This document shows, in pieces, positions 1 to 9,385 of a stretch of 64,000 bases of DNA. Source of the stretch: Candidatus Udaeobacter sp. (GTDB lineage: Bacteria; Patescibacteriota; Patescibacteriia; Magasanikbacterales; GWA2-37-8). The position numbers and the translations under genes are program-made. The stretch's first letter is position 1. The number at the start of each line of letters is the position of its first letter. The notes beneath the pieces were generated by a model. It saw only the letters and a program-made list of their open reading frames with translations, had not been told where the DNA came from and ran no database searches. Where the stretch lies: assembly GCA_035473115.1 (NCBI GenBank), contig DATION010000001.1:461-64460 (forward strand). Direction: 5' to 3'.

Positions 1-515
1 CCAGCTACTGCCCACCAGCGTCCTACCACCAAAGCTTTACTCGCGCGTAGAGCGTTTAATCCTTTGGCTCCGTCAAGTATTACTGCATAAGAAGCAAAGG
101 TGTACCAAACAGCAAAAATTATTCCGGGAATAATCAGCAGTAGTGTGCCGCCGATTACGCTTAGGGTAATAAGAAGAGAAACAAGTATCACTGGCCAGAT
201 TAGAGCGCTGGAAGTGGAGAATGTTTCCTTCCATTTTATTTGATTGCCAACCAAGGAGTCAAGAATAGTTCTGGCTAAAGCGGTCGTTACCCAGATAGCA
301 AATACCATGCTGGCAGCAAAGACAAGCATGATAATTATATTGCTAAATAAAGCAGCTGAAGGCAGATAGACAGACAGGTAAAGACTAATTGTGCCAATAG
401 CTGACAAAATAAGTGTTGGTAAAAATAGCATTATGATAAATGGCAGAAATCCTCGCCAGTTTTTTTTGTATAAATTCCAACTATCGACGATTATTTCCGT
501 AGGACTCTTGAGCAT
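1..515 (-). CDS. Integral membrane protein (partial, runs off window start); resembles GDPD-membrane-domain/DUF975-like proteins
   Basis: Hand-translated from ATG at 515: MLKSPTEIIVDSWNLYKKNWRGFLPF...LLLIIPGIIFAVWYTFASYAVILDG...ALRASKALVVGRWW; several hydrophobic segments. Confidence 0.7.
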   Translation of the reverse strand, partial: MLKSPTEIIVDSWNLYKKNWRGFLPFIIMLFLPTLILSAIGTISLYLSVYLPSAALFSNIIIMLVFAASMVFAIWVTTALARTILDSLVGNQIKWKETFSTSSALIWPVILVSLLITLSVIGGTLLLIIPGIIFAVWYTFASYAVILDGAKGLNALRASKALVVGRWWAVA

Positions 516-558
516 ACAATTGTAAATTACAAGGTTAAATTTTAAGGTAAAGGAAGGA

Positions 559-1266
559 TTATTGTTTAATAATACTTTTAAGAAGTTCCGTACCTTCTTG
601 TTTCATTATACCAATTTCAGATTCAGCGTTCAAGTAATGAACTTCTGTGCCTCGGTCGGTAAATATTTTTTGGTACTGGGCGGAGTTAAAGTTTTCTGTC
701 GCTTTTTTGAGAAAATCTATTTTTTCAAAAATAGCGTTGTCATTCTTATCAAAACGGGAACTTATTCGTGCGGCCGCTTTTTCGGCAGGGATTTTGGCAA
801 TGATCAAATGATCTGGCCTGTTCTCCAGAGCTAGCTGGTTGCCCGGGAATTGGGCAATTTTATCATAGGTAAATTCTGAATTTTGTAAGCTTTGATAGGC
901 TAGCGAAGTGCTGACGCCGCGATCTTGGATAACAATTTTGCCGTTAGCGAGCAGGGGAATTATTATTTTGGTGTATAAAACTAATCGGTCTAGAGAGAAG
1001 GCTTCGATAATAGCGCGAGGCGGGTAGTTGGTGCCGGTTTTAACCAGTTCTTCGCGAATGACTTTGCCCACACCGGCATAAGTTGGTTCACAGCTAAAAA
1101 TAAAATCATAAGATTTTAGTTCATGAAGTTCCGGGTATTTCCCGTTGGTTTGCCAGTATTCTTTTAAATCAAAAATAGCATTGCCTTGAGCAGTAAGATA
1201 ATCTTTCCAAGCTTGAACAATAGTGCTCTTGCCGCTGCCATCAATGCCGTCGATCATGATGAACAT
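559..1266 (-). CDS. tmk: Thymidylate kinase
   Basis: P-loop DGIDGSGKST, EP motif, DRxxxTSLAYQ motif; adjacent to folA/thyA. Confidence 0.93.
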   Translation of the reverse strand: MFIMIDGIDGSGKSTIVQAWKDYLTAQGNAIFDLKEYWQTNGKYPELHELKSYDFIFSCEPTYAGVGKVIREELVKTGTNYPPRAIIEAFSLDRLVLYTKIIIPLLANGKIVIQDRGVSTSLAYQSLQNSEFTYDKIAQFPGNQLALENRPDHLIIAKIPAEKAAARISSRFDKNDNAIFEKIDFLKKATENFNSAQYQKIFTDRGTEVHYLNAESEIGIMKQEGTELLKSIIKQ

Positions 1267-1270
1267 AGTT

Positions 1271-1747
1271 CTAAAGTTTTTCGTATTTTACAAATGAAAA
1301 TCCGTCATGGTCTTCACGCCAAGTTTCCTGCCAGATGGTTTTGTCTATTTCCGGAAAAAAAACATCGCCGTCAGGCTCTTGGTTAATAAGGGTGATGTAC
1401 AAAACATCGGCTCGGTTTATGGTTTGTCTATAAATACTGGCTCCGCCACAGATAAAAACATCTTCGTCTTTTAGTTTATCCCAAACTTCATCTAAAGAAT
1501 AAAAAACCCGCACGCCTTCGGGGGCTTTAAAGTTTTTGTCTAAAGTAATCACTGCGGTTTGGCGTCCAGGTAATGGCTTGCCTAGATAGCCGAGAATAGA
1601 CTCAAAAGTTGCTTGGCCCATCAAGCAAGTTTTTCCTAGAGTCATTTTTTTAAAATACTGAAAATCCTCCGGGACATCCCAAGGAATTTTGTTATTTTTG
1701 CCAATGCAGTTATTTTTGGCAACGGCGGCGATTAGGGAAAAACTCAT
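1271..1747 (-). CDS. folA: Dihydrofolate reductase
   Basis: IAAVAKNNCIG..IPW.VPEDFQYFK, KPLPGR, ICGGASIY, GDVFFP. Confidence 0.97.
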   Translation of the reverse strand: MSFSLIAAVAKNNCIGKNNKIPWDVPEDFQYFKKMTLGKTCLMGQATFESILGYLGKPLPGRQTAVITLDKNFKAPEGVRVFYSLDEVWDKLKDEDVFICGGASIYRQTINRADVLYITLINQEPDGDVFFPEIDKTIWQETWREDHDGFSFVKYEKL

Positions 1748-1750
1748 AAT

Positions 1751-2623
1751 TTATATTGCGATTGGGAATTCAATTTTTGGATAGCTTTGATAATTTAAAA
1801 CTACACTATCTTCGCATTTCCAGTCAAAAATTGAAGTAAAATTTTTAGTTTCAATTGTTGGTAGGGGGTAAGTATTTGGATCTCTAGTAATCTGTTCTTT
1901 GGCGCCAGCGATGTGATCGACATAAATATGAGTATCTGCCAAAAATCCTACCAGTTTGCCTTCCTGTAAGCCGGTTTCTTTGGCCAGTAAATGTAGGAGC
2001 AGAGCATAGCTAGAAATATTAAAGGGCAAACCAAGCATAGTATCTACCGAACGTTGGTTCCATAGCAGATTTAGTTTGCCGTTTATTACCGTAACTTGGT
2101 AACAGTAGTGGCAAGGAGGCAAGCCCATTTGACTCAGCATGGATGGATTCCAGGAATTAACGATCATGCGGCGGTCGTTGGGATTGGTTTTTAAAGTCTC
2201 AACTAATTTTTTTAATTGGTCTATGCCTTGGCCGGTATAGTCGCTGTCGTAATTTTTATATTCAGCATTAAAATGCCGCCATTGGAATCCATAAATTGGA
2301 CCAAGATCTCTTTCACTTTTCATTTTTTCTTTAGCCGCTTCGTCGTGTCCATAAGGCGCTTTTTTTGGATTAGCCCATTCGTCCCAAATATGATTATTAT
2401 GGTCTTGCAGCCATTGTTTGTCGGTAATACCTTTGATAAAGAATTCTAATTCTGAAGCCACGGCTTTGAAGGGCACTTTTTTGGTAGTAAGCATGGGGAA
2501 GCCTTTGCTCATATCGTGCTCAAAAATAGTGCCGGCAATAGCGATAGTATCTGTGCCGGTACGATTTTCTTTACGTTCACCGTTTTCTAAAACGTTGCGA
2601 ACAATATCCAAATACGCGCGCAT
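1751..2623 (-). CDS. thyA: Thymidylate synthase
   Basis: RTGT, LGPIYGFQWRH, LPPCH catalytic motif, QRSVD..LGLPFN, HIY. Confidence 0.98.
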   Translation of the reverse strand: MRAYLDIVRNVLENGERKENRTGTDTIAIAGTIFEHDMSKGFPMLTTKKVPFKAVASELEFFIKGITDKQWLQDHNNHIWDEWANPKKAPYGHDEAAKEKMKSERDLGPIYGFQWRHFNAEYKNYDSDYTGQGIDQLKKLVETLKTNPNDRRMIVNSWNPSMLSQMGLPPCHYCYQVTVINGKLNLLWNQRSVDTMLGLPFNISSYALLLHLLAKETGLQEGKLVGFLADTHIYVDHIAGAKEQITRDPNTYPLPTIETKNFTSIFDWKCEDSVVLNYQSYPKIEFPIAI

Positions 2624-2665
2624 AGGTTAAGAAAAATTTATTCTAATTATATTTGTTAATTTTTA

Positions 2666-2875
2666 TTAAGCTACATTCTCTAAATCTTCTTCCTCAAGTT
2701 CTATTTCTTCATCAGCTCCATTTGTTATTTTTTTAAAGGCAGTGTCAACTTCAGTATTAATTTTTTTTGCTTCGTCCTTTCGTTTTAGCATGGGTATGTC
2801 TTGTTCTGAATGTACCCCAGGTAAATATCCTTCTGGTTTTCTTGGTCTTGATGATTCAAACATTCCTTTTGCCAT
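2666..2875 (-). CDS. Small acidic hypothetical protein
   Basis: 69-aa ORF co-oriented within the operon, AT-rich leader like neighbours. Confidence 0.6.
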   Translation of the reverse strand: MAKGMFESSRPRKPEGYLPGVHSEQDIPMLKRKDEAKKINTEVDTAFKKITNGADEEIELEEEDLENVA

Positions 2876-2911
2876 AAATTTTTAAATTAATAATAAGTTA
2901 TTTAATATATT

Positions 2912-3340
2912 CTATCCCGTACTGCCAAACCCGCCGCGGCTGTCTATGTTCATTTCATCTACTTCTTGCCATTCTCCTTTATCTACCCGAACAAAAGCGG
3001 CTTGGCCAACTCGTTCGCCGCGAGCTATAGCCACTTCTTGGTCAGTAAAGTTGTAAACCTGCAGCATTATTTCATCTTTTTCACCATGGTAATCTTGGTC
3101 AATTATACCAATTCCATGTGGCACCAGCAAGCCCTTTTTTTTGGGTGTACTGGAGCGAGTTACGACTGTTAACATGTAGTCTTTTGGAGTTTCAATAATT
3201 AGATTTGTGGGAATTAGAGCAATTGTTTTTGGGGCAATAGTCATATCTGTTCGGCTATATAAATCAAAAGCAACCGCGCCGCTAGTTTGGTATTCTGGTA
3301 GGGGTAGAGAAGTGTCTAGGCGTTTTATTTTAACTTGCAT
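2912..3340 (-). CDS. dut: dUTP diphosphatase
   Basis: AFDL, RSS, GIIDQDYHGE, Q, RGGFGSTG motifs. Confidence 0.96.
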   Translation of the reverse strand: MQVKIKRLDTSLPLPEYQTSGAVAFDLYSRTDMTIAPKTIALIPTNLIIETPKDYMLTVVTRSSTPKKKGLLVPHGIGIIDQDYHGEKDEIMLQVYNFTDQEVAIARGERVGQAAFVRVDKGEWQEVDEMNIDSRGGFGSTG

Positions 3341-3893
3341 GGTATTTGTTGATTAAATCGTCGAGCTGTTTATAGAGCTGCTCAGGAGTGCCGTTGTTGT
3401 CTATATGTTCGGTGGCGTGGCCGGCAACTTCTGGAATAGACATTTCCGTAGAGCGTTTATGGTCTTCCATGAATTGCTCAAAAGTTTTAGTTTTATCATC
3501 AGATTTTTCGGAACGTTTAACTATTCTTTCGTATCTGGTGCGCGGCTGCGCAAAAATTTCTATTAAAACAAAATTTGGCAAGCGGGAAAGATATTCTATG
3601 TCAGCCATACGACGAATGCCTTCAACAACAATAAGTTTGTTTTCATCGGTCTCTGCGTCTTTAGCCATTACTTTAGCCATTGTGTCTTCGCCAAAAGTAC
3701 TGCGGATAGCCTCGGACATTTTAATCAGATTATCTCGGTTAGCTTCCAAATAAATTCTTTGCAGCAGATCAAATAGCATGGTAGAGAAACGGTATGTGCT
3801 CGCTCCGTATTTTTTTTGGTAATATTCAGCAGAAGCCCCTTTGCCGCTGGCTGGTAAGCCGACAAATCCTAGAATTATTTTAGTATTTTGCAT
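3330..3893 (-). CDS. P-loop nucleotide kinase (dephospho-CoA kinase/dNMP kinase-like)
   Basis: GLPASGKG P-loop, VVEGIR, IDNNGT; overlaps dut start. Confidence 0.75.
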   Translation of the reverse strand: MQNTKIILGFVGLPASGKGASAEYYQKKYGASTYRFSTMLFDLLQRIYLEANRDNLIKMSEAIRSTFGEDTMAKVMAKDAETDENKLIVVEGIRRMADIEYLSRLPNFVLIEIFAQPRTRYERIVKRSEKSDDKTKTFEQFMEDHKRSTEMSIPEVAGHATEHIDNNGTPEQLYKQLDDLINKYHAS

Positions 3894-3954
3894 ATAAAGT
3901 GAGAGAAATAAAATTTATTTTAATTTCCGAGCGTATATACAAAATACCTTAGTA

Positions 3955-4422
3955 TTATTTGGCATAATCACAAATATATTGTCGGTATTTAATTTTTGCT
4001 CCATCTAACAATCGGCGAGCTGCGACCCAGATGTCAGCATCATGATACTTATCGCTTTCAAAGATAACTTCGGTGATGCCGTTTTGAATCATGGCTTTGA
4101 CGCATTCATTACAAGGAAAAAGAGTGGAGTAAATTTTGCCTTCTTTTACCGAGGCGTTGGCGTTGTAGATGGCGTTTTCTTCAGCATGGCAAACATAAGC
4201 GTATTTGGTATCTAAAAAACCACCTTCTCGTTCCCAAGGAAATTTTTCGTTATCAATTCCACGCGGAAAACCGTTGTAGCCGATGCCCACAACAACATTA
4301 TTTTGATTGGCTATAACAGCCCCTACCTGAGAAGACGGATCTTTGGAGCGTTCGGCAATGACATGGGCCATACGCATAAAACATTCGTCCCAAGATATAT
4401 AGTTATTTCTGGCTAGTTGCAT
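3955..4422 (-). CDS. comEB: dCMP deaminase (ComEB family)
   Basis: SWDECFM, RSKDP, GYNG, HAEENA, PCNEC zinc motifs; ATG at 4422 preferred to the TTG start. Confidence 0.93.
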   Translation of the reverse strand: MQLARNNYISWDECFMRMAHVIAERSKDPSSQVGAVIANQNNVVVGIGYNGFPRGIDNEKFPWEREGGFLDTKYAYVCHAEENAIYNANASVKEGKIYSTLFPCNECVKAMIQNGITEVIFESDKYHDADIWVAARRLLDGAKIKYRQYICDYAK

Positions 4423-4478
4423 ATAATTTAGAGCTAGTTTATAACTCAAGTTTAACAAAAAGTATTTTTTATTGCAAC

Positions 4479-5534
4479 TTAAAAACCGTGGCTTTTCTTG
4501 TATTTTTCCGTTTCCAAAATTATTTTTTTGGCTACCGAAAGAGTATAGGCTGGCCGGGCGCTTAGAGCAGTTTCATTGCACAACATTATGCCATCAGCTC
4601 CATCTAAAACAATATTGGTCAGATCCAAAATATCTGAGCGTAGCGGAATATAATTATAGATACTGCCTTCCAAAATTTGGGAAGAAATAATAACCTGTTT
4701 TTTATATTTTTTAACCATGGCAATAGCTTCTTTTTGGAAAATTCCCAGTCTTTCAAAAGGCATATCCAAGCCCAGTTTGCCGCGGTTCAAAAGTATCAAA
4801 TCATAAAAATCATCTTGGCAGATTTTTTCTAAATTATCCATGGCTATCCGGTTTTCGATGCGGCAGATTTTTTTTGGCTGCCAGCTAAAATCAGATAGTT
4901 TTTTAATTTTTTCATTTACAGCCGGAGATATAAAAGGTATGGCCAGATAATCTGGAGCGACCTCTTCCAGCTTAGATAAAATTTCGCTTAAGCGGTTAAG
5001 GTAGGCTTCATTTTCGGTGTTTTGGGCGATATGAATGCTCAAGCCCGACTGCAAAGTTCCTTCATTGAGAGCTCGGACCCCCACAGTTTCGTTATTTATA
5101 ATTTCCGTTACCTGCAAGGCAATTTTGCCATGGTCAATGGTAGTAATTTGATTGATATAAACTTGATTGCCTAGTTCGGCAATATGAATACAGATATTTT
5201 CTTTAGGCAGTGGTTCGTCTTCAACATCAGAAGTAATTTTTTTTGGGCAATGATCTGCAGAAGCTGATTTTAAAATTATTTCTTCGTTTTCTAGTACTTT
5301 ACGCGGAGTATCAGGTCCGGCAAGACGAACCTGGTTGGATGGCAGGTTAACTATAATTTTGGCGGAAGAATTTAATTCATCAATAATTTTTGCACTGCTG
5401 TTGATGCGGTCAATGGTGTCTTGAATTGGTCCATAGGAAAAACTATAGCGCAAAGCATCGGCGCCAGCCAAAATAATTTTTCTGATTTTTTCTTCCGAGA
5501 ATTTATCAAAACCGACGGAAGCAATAATGAACAT
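4479..5534 (-). CDS. pyk: Pyruvate kinase-like protein, divergent active site, no C-terminal domain
   Basis: PK barrel motifs recognisable but altered: RYSFSYG, RIEN, NRGKLG, SQILE, DGADGIMLCNETA. Confidence 0.75.
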   Translation of the reverse strand: MFIIASVGFDKFSEEKIRKIILAGADALRYSFSYGPIQDTIDRINSSAKIIDELNSSAKIIVNLPSNQVRLAGPDTPRKVLENEEIILKSASADHCPKKITSDVEDEPLPKENICIHIAELGNQVYINQITTIDHGKIALQVTEIINNETVGVRALNEGTLQSGLSIHIAQNTENEAYLNRLSEILSKLEEVAPDYLAIPFISPAVNEKIKKLSDFSWQPKKICRIENRIAMDNLEKICQDDFYDLILLNRGKLGLDMPFERLGIFQKEAIAMVKKYKKQVIISSQILEGSIYNYIPLRSDILDLTNIVLDGADGIMLCNETALSARPAYTLSVAKKIILETEKYKKSHGF

Positions 5535-5593
5535 ATAATTAGTTAGAAAATATTAATTTATTATTGATGTTCATGCTATATGTATAATTACAA

Positions 5594-5617
5594 ATCCCGC
5601 CTTGGCGGGCGGGATTT
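5594..5617 (-). terminator. Hairpin terminator downstream of rplA
   Basis: ATCCCGCC-TTGGCG-GGCGGGAT inverted repeat with T runs. Confidence 0.6.
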
Positions 5618-5622
5618 GGTTT

Positions 5623-6297
5623 TTAGGCGGAGATTTTTATAGCCGGACCCATAGTTGAGCAAAGGGTAACATTTTTTAGGAATGTGCCTTTGGATGTGGC
5701 CGGTTTAGCTTTTTTAAGAGCTTCCAGTAAGGCGTTGATGTTTTCTTTTAGGTTAGCTTCGCCAAAACTCAGTTTGCCTACAACCTGATGAACATTGCCA
5801 CCATCATCGTTTTTAAAAGTTATTTTACCTTTTTTAAGTTCTTCAATCATCTTTTTGATGTTGGTTCCAACCGTATCTGTTTTTGGGTTAGGCATTAAAC
5901 CTTTTGGACCCAAAACTTTGGCAATTGAAGCCAGCTTAGGCATCATATCCGGAGTAGTGACAGCGATTTCAAAGGGAATCTTGCCGGTGTCTTTAATTTT
6001 TTTGATTTCTTCTTCACCATAAATAAAATCAGCGCCGGCTTCTTTGGCTTCCTTTTCTTTGTCAGCCGAAACAAAAGCCGCTATAGTTTTGGTTTTTCCG
6101 GTTCCGTGCGGTAATACCACGGTAGCGCGAACTTGCTGTTCAGTTTTTTTGGTATCAATACCAAGATTAGCGTGAATCTCTACGCTGGCGTCGAATTTTA
6201 CGCCGCTAGTTTCATTCAAAAGTTTAACCGCTTCTTCCAGAGAATAGGTTTTACTTTTGTCCACTTTTGCCTTTAAGGCAGCCATCCGTTTTGACAT
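5623..6297 (-). CDS. rplA: 50S ribosomal protein L1
   Basis: KFDASVE, LPHGTGK, LGPKGLMPNPK, STMGP; ATG at 6297. Confidence 0.98.
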   Translation of the reverse strand: MSKRMAALKAKVDKSKTYSLEEAVKLLNETSGVKFDASVEIHANLGIDTKKTEQQVRATVVLPHGTGKTKTIAAFVSADKEKEAKEAGADFIYGEEEIKKIKDTGKIPFEIAVTTPDMMPKLASIAKVLGPKGLMPNPKTDTVGTNIKKMIEELKKGKITFKNDDGGNVHQVVGKLSFGEANLKENINALLEALKKAKPATSKGTFLKNVTLCSTMGPAIKISA

Positions 6298-6312
6298 ATT
6301 TTTTAAATTTAG

Positions 6313-6346
6313 GTGGTGCAAACCCCTAGGTTGGCTAGGGTCCCAC
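6313..6346 (-). promoter_or_regulatory. Putative L1-binding autoregulatory leader of rplA
   Basis: Minus strand GTGGGA-CCCTAG-ccaac-CTAGGG-gtttgc-ACCAC, resembling the GUGGGA...ACCAC L1 leader, between promoter and rplA start. Confidence 0.6.
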
Positions 6347-6356
6347 TTATGTGGCC

Positions 6357-6385
6357 AGTATATTATAAGTAGGCTATTTTGTCAA
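6357..6385 (-). promoter_or_regulatory. sigma70 promoter of rplA
   Basis: TTGACA-17 nt-TATACT. Confidence 0.8.
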
Positions 6386-6402
6386 TGCTAAAACCGGCCA
6401 AT

Positions 6403-6472
6403 AAAAAACCACCCGGTCTCTATAAGTACAAATTATATTTTTATACTTATAGAGACAGATCGGGCGGTTTTT
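6403..6472 (-). terminator. Long hairpin/terminator after the sigma54 activator gene
   Basis: AAAAACC.CCCG.TCTCTATAAGTA...TACTTATAGAGA...CGGG.GGTTTTT inverted repeat. Confidence 0.65.
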
Positions 6473-6492
6473 AAGCTATGTGCTGAGGATTT

Positions 6493-7455
6493 TTAGTTAA
6501 TCGTTCGGCTAGTACTTCTAAAATCATCGGGGTTGATCTCGTTTGATACCATAATTCGAACTAGACTCGTTCTATTCATCCCCAGGGATCTGGCGGCTTT
6601 TGATACATTGCCCTTGGCCTGTATAAGAGCCTCTCTTACTTGGTTAGCCTTGATTTGTCTGGTTGCAGCTTTAAGATCATTTTTAATGAGCGCAGGCGGC
6701 GGTTCCATTAGAAGTGGCATATCAGCAACGCCAGCCTCTGTTCCTTCACAGGCAATAACCATGCGCTCTACCACGTTGCGCAATTCGCGAATATTTCCCG
6801 GCCACGAATATTGGCGAAGCTTCGTTCGCGCTTCGGAGCTGATGCTGGTGACGATTGAAGATGGGTTTTCTCTTTTTACCTGACCCAGCAGGTGGTCAGT
6901 TATAGAGTCAATATCTTCTCTGCGTTCGCGCAGTGGCGGTAAACGCACACTTACTACGTTAAGACGATAAAACAGATCTTGGCGGAAGCGCTTCAGTTGT
7001 ACTAACTCCTCAAGGTTAGCATTGGTGGCGCAAACAATTCGAACGTCAATCGGAATTTCTTTGGTTGCTCCGATCCGACGCACTAGTCTTTTTTCTGCAA
7101 CTCGCAACAGCTTAGCCTGAGCGGCTTCTGACATCTCTCCTATCTCATCCAGGAAGACTGTTCCTGCGTAAGCTTGCTCAAATACTCCAGGATGTGCCGC
7201 GAATGCACCGGTAAAGGCGCCTCGCTCATGGCCAAACAGCTCGCTTTCAATAAGATGCTGGTTGAGTGCGGAGCAGTTGATAGCCACTAGCGGACCAGTC
7301 TTGCCACGAGGGCTTCGAGTATGGATATACTCCGCTAGCAGCTCTTTGCCCGTGCCGGTTTCTCCGGTTATTACTACCGAACAATTTCCTTGCTCGGCAG
7401 CTTTGGTTGCTATTGCCATGAGATCCAACATCGCTCTAGTCTTTCCAATAATCAT
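6493..7455 (-). CDS. sigma54-dependent enhancer-binding protein (AAA+ + Fis HTH), no N-terminal sensory domain
   Basis: GETGTGKE, ESELFGHERGAFTGA, FLDEIG, RQDLFYRLNV, WPGNIREL, C-terminal HTH; SD AGGAGG at 7461-7466. Confidence 0.93.
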   Translation of the reverse strand: MIIGKTRAMLDLMAIATKAAEQGNCSVVITGETGTGKELLAEYIHTRSPRGKTGPLVAINCSALNQHLIESELFGHERGAFTGAFAAHPGVFEQAYAGTVFLDEIGEMSEAAQAKLLRVAEKRLVRRIGATKEIPIDVRIVCATNANLEELVQLKRFRQDLFYRLNVVSVRLPPLRERREDIDSITDHLLGQVKRENPSSIVTSISSEARTKLRQYSWPGNIRELRNVVERMVIACEGTEAGVADMPLLMEPPPALIKNDLKAATRQIKANQVREALIQAKGNVSKAARSLGMNRTSLVRIMVSNEINPDDFRSTSRTIN

Positions 7456-7542
7456 TTGGACCTCCTTTGTTGAGAACGTATTTTATTTTAACTGCAAATT
7501 TAACGGTTTGTCAATGTAAAAAAAGAAGTTTTTTGCCAGTGT

Positions 7543-8727
7543 TTAAAAAGCCGATTCTTTTTTTATGCCCGGACGAAGAACTTTAAAAGATAAGAAGAAA
7601 CAAACCAAAAGCAAAAGACCGCCAACTAGGAAAGTCACAGGAATAGAAATAGCGGTAGCAATAACTCCGCCTAGGATTGGGCCCAGTATCATGCCAATAC
7701 TTTGATATGATGTGTTTAGACCCATAATTGAACCCTGAGATTTTTCATCAGCTTCTTGAGAAAGAATAGTAGGGATAAGAGTTTGAGACAGGCTGTTGAA
7801 AAGAGCCAGGCCGATTATGGTAATTACAAAAACGATAATAGAATGGGATAAAGACATTATTATGAGTGATAAGGCAGTAAAGAATATGCCGGTGCTGAAT
7901 GATTTTTTTGTGCCTAATTTTTTGGCTACTCGTCCAACCAAAAATGTTTGCGCGATCAGTCCAATAGCTCCAAAAAGAGTAAACAGTAGCGCGTTTTGTG
8001 ACTGAGTGATATGCAAAATATTTAAAGTAAATGGCTGGAAGCCGTAAATGATTGAACAGGCAAAGGCTAAAAAGAAAAAGAAAGATATCAGAAAGGTGGC
8101 GCCGACATTGGGGTCAAATAAAGTTTTCCAGATGAGTTTAAAATCAAAAAGTTTGCCATTTTTGACTTCGCCCATGTGCTTGTTTGTTTCCGGCAAATAA
8201 AGCGCTGTAAGTATAGCGGCAATAGTGGTAATCACACCAGCAATAATAAAAGGTAAAGCTGGATGTAGAGCGATCGTAAGGGCGGCAATAGCCGGACCAA
8301 AAACAAAACCAAAATTAAAAGCCGAGCTGATCAAGCCAAAGGCTTTGGCGCGCTCTTCTGGTTTAGTTGAATCAGAAATAACGGCAAAAGCTACCGGGAT
8401 ATTGCCGGCAGTTAAACCATCCAGAGCGCGGGATAATAATAAAAATAGTGCGCTGGGCGCAAAAGCCATCATAAAAAACGATAGAGCTGTACCGATAATT
8501 GAGATCAGCAGCATTGGCCGGCGGCCATATTTATCCGATAGTCGGCCGATTATGGGAGTGGAAAAAAATTGGCAAATGGAATAAGTGGCGAACAATAAGC
8601 CATTTTGAAAATCGGATAAACCAAATTTTTTGGAATAGGAATAAAGCAGGGGAATAATAATTCCATAGCCAAGCATATTCACCAGCGCGATCAGAGCGAT
8701 GATTAATAGGTTTTTATTTTTTATCAT
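7543..8727 (-). CDS. MFS transporter (TetA/DHA1-like)
   Basis: GRLSDKYGRRP motif A, about 12 TM segments. Confidence 0.92.
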   Translation of the reverse strand: MIKNKNLLIIALIALVNMLGYGIIIPLLYSYSKKFGLSDFQNGLLFATYSICQFFSTPIIGRLSDKYGRRPMLLISIIGTALSFFMMAFAPSALFLLLSRALDGLTAGNIPVAFAVISDSTKPEERAKAFGLISSAFNFGFVFGPAIAALTIALHPALPFIIAGVITTIAAILTALYLPETNKHMGEVKNGKLFDFKLIWKTLFDPNVGATFLISFFFFLAFACSIIYGFQPFTLNILHITQSQNALLFTLFGAIGLIAQTFLVGRVAKKLGTKKSFSTGIFFTALSLIIMSLSHSIIVFVITIIGLALFNSLSQTLIPTILSQEADEKSQGSIMGLNTSYQSIGMILGPILGGVIATAISIPVTFLVGGLLLLVCFFLSFKVLRPGIKKESAF

Positions 8728-8741
8728 ATTAGCTATCTAAT

Positions 8742-9359
8742 TTATAAAAGTATTCCAAAATTTTGTAAATCCTTTTTGAGTTGTTCGTTATCTTGAAACA
8801 AAATTGGATGATAGCCAATTTCAGCGGCTTTTTCCAAACTTTTACTAGCATCATCTATAAAAATTGTTTCTTGAGGCAATACGTTTAGCTTTTCAAATAG
8901 GTGCAGAAACGCTTCTTTATGAGGTTTTTGAAAGCCAATCTCGGAAGAAATAACAATCACGTCGGTTAGGTTATGTATTCCTTGAGCTTCGATTTCTTGT
9001 CTAAGTTTTGAAGTATTATTGCTTAAAATACCAACTTTGAATCCTTGCTGTTTTAAAACTGTAAACCAAGACAAAAGCTCGGTATTTAATTTTTTGCTGG
9101 TACTCCATTTATGGATCAGGGCTCTGACAGCACTTTCGGTTTCAGTGTTATCGCTAAAAGTTTTAACTGCTTTAATAATTATTTCTTCCCAGTTTTGATT
9201 GCCGATATTTGTTAAATGATTATGTTTAAAGTATTCGGCGCGAAAGTCGGCTAAAGGCACATTTAACAGTTCGGCAATTTTTGGCAATATTTTGCCGTAT
9301 TCGTAGAGTTCAATAACTCCGCCAAAATCAAAACAGACAGCTTTAATATCGGGTATCAT
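8742..9359 (-). CDS. HAD-superfamily phosphatase
   Basis: FDFGGV, LSN, KP, FIDD motifs. Confidence 0.9.
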   Translation of the reverse strand: MIPDIKAVCFDFGGVIELYEYGKILPKIAELLNVPLADFRAEYFKHNHLTNIGNQNWEEIIIKAVKTFSDNTETESAVRALIHKWSTSKKLNTELLSWFTVLKQQGFKVGILSNNTSKLRQEIEAQGIHNLTDVIVISSEIGFQKPHKEAFLHLFEKLNVLPQETIFIDDASKSLEKAAEIGYHPILFQDNEQLKKDLQNFGILL

Positions 9360-9385
9360 TAGGGAGTGTTAATTATTTATGACGA

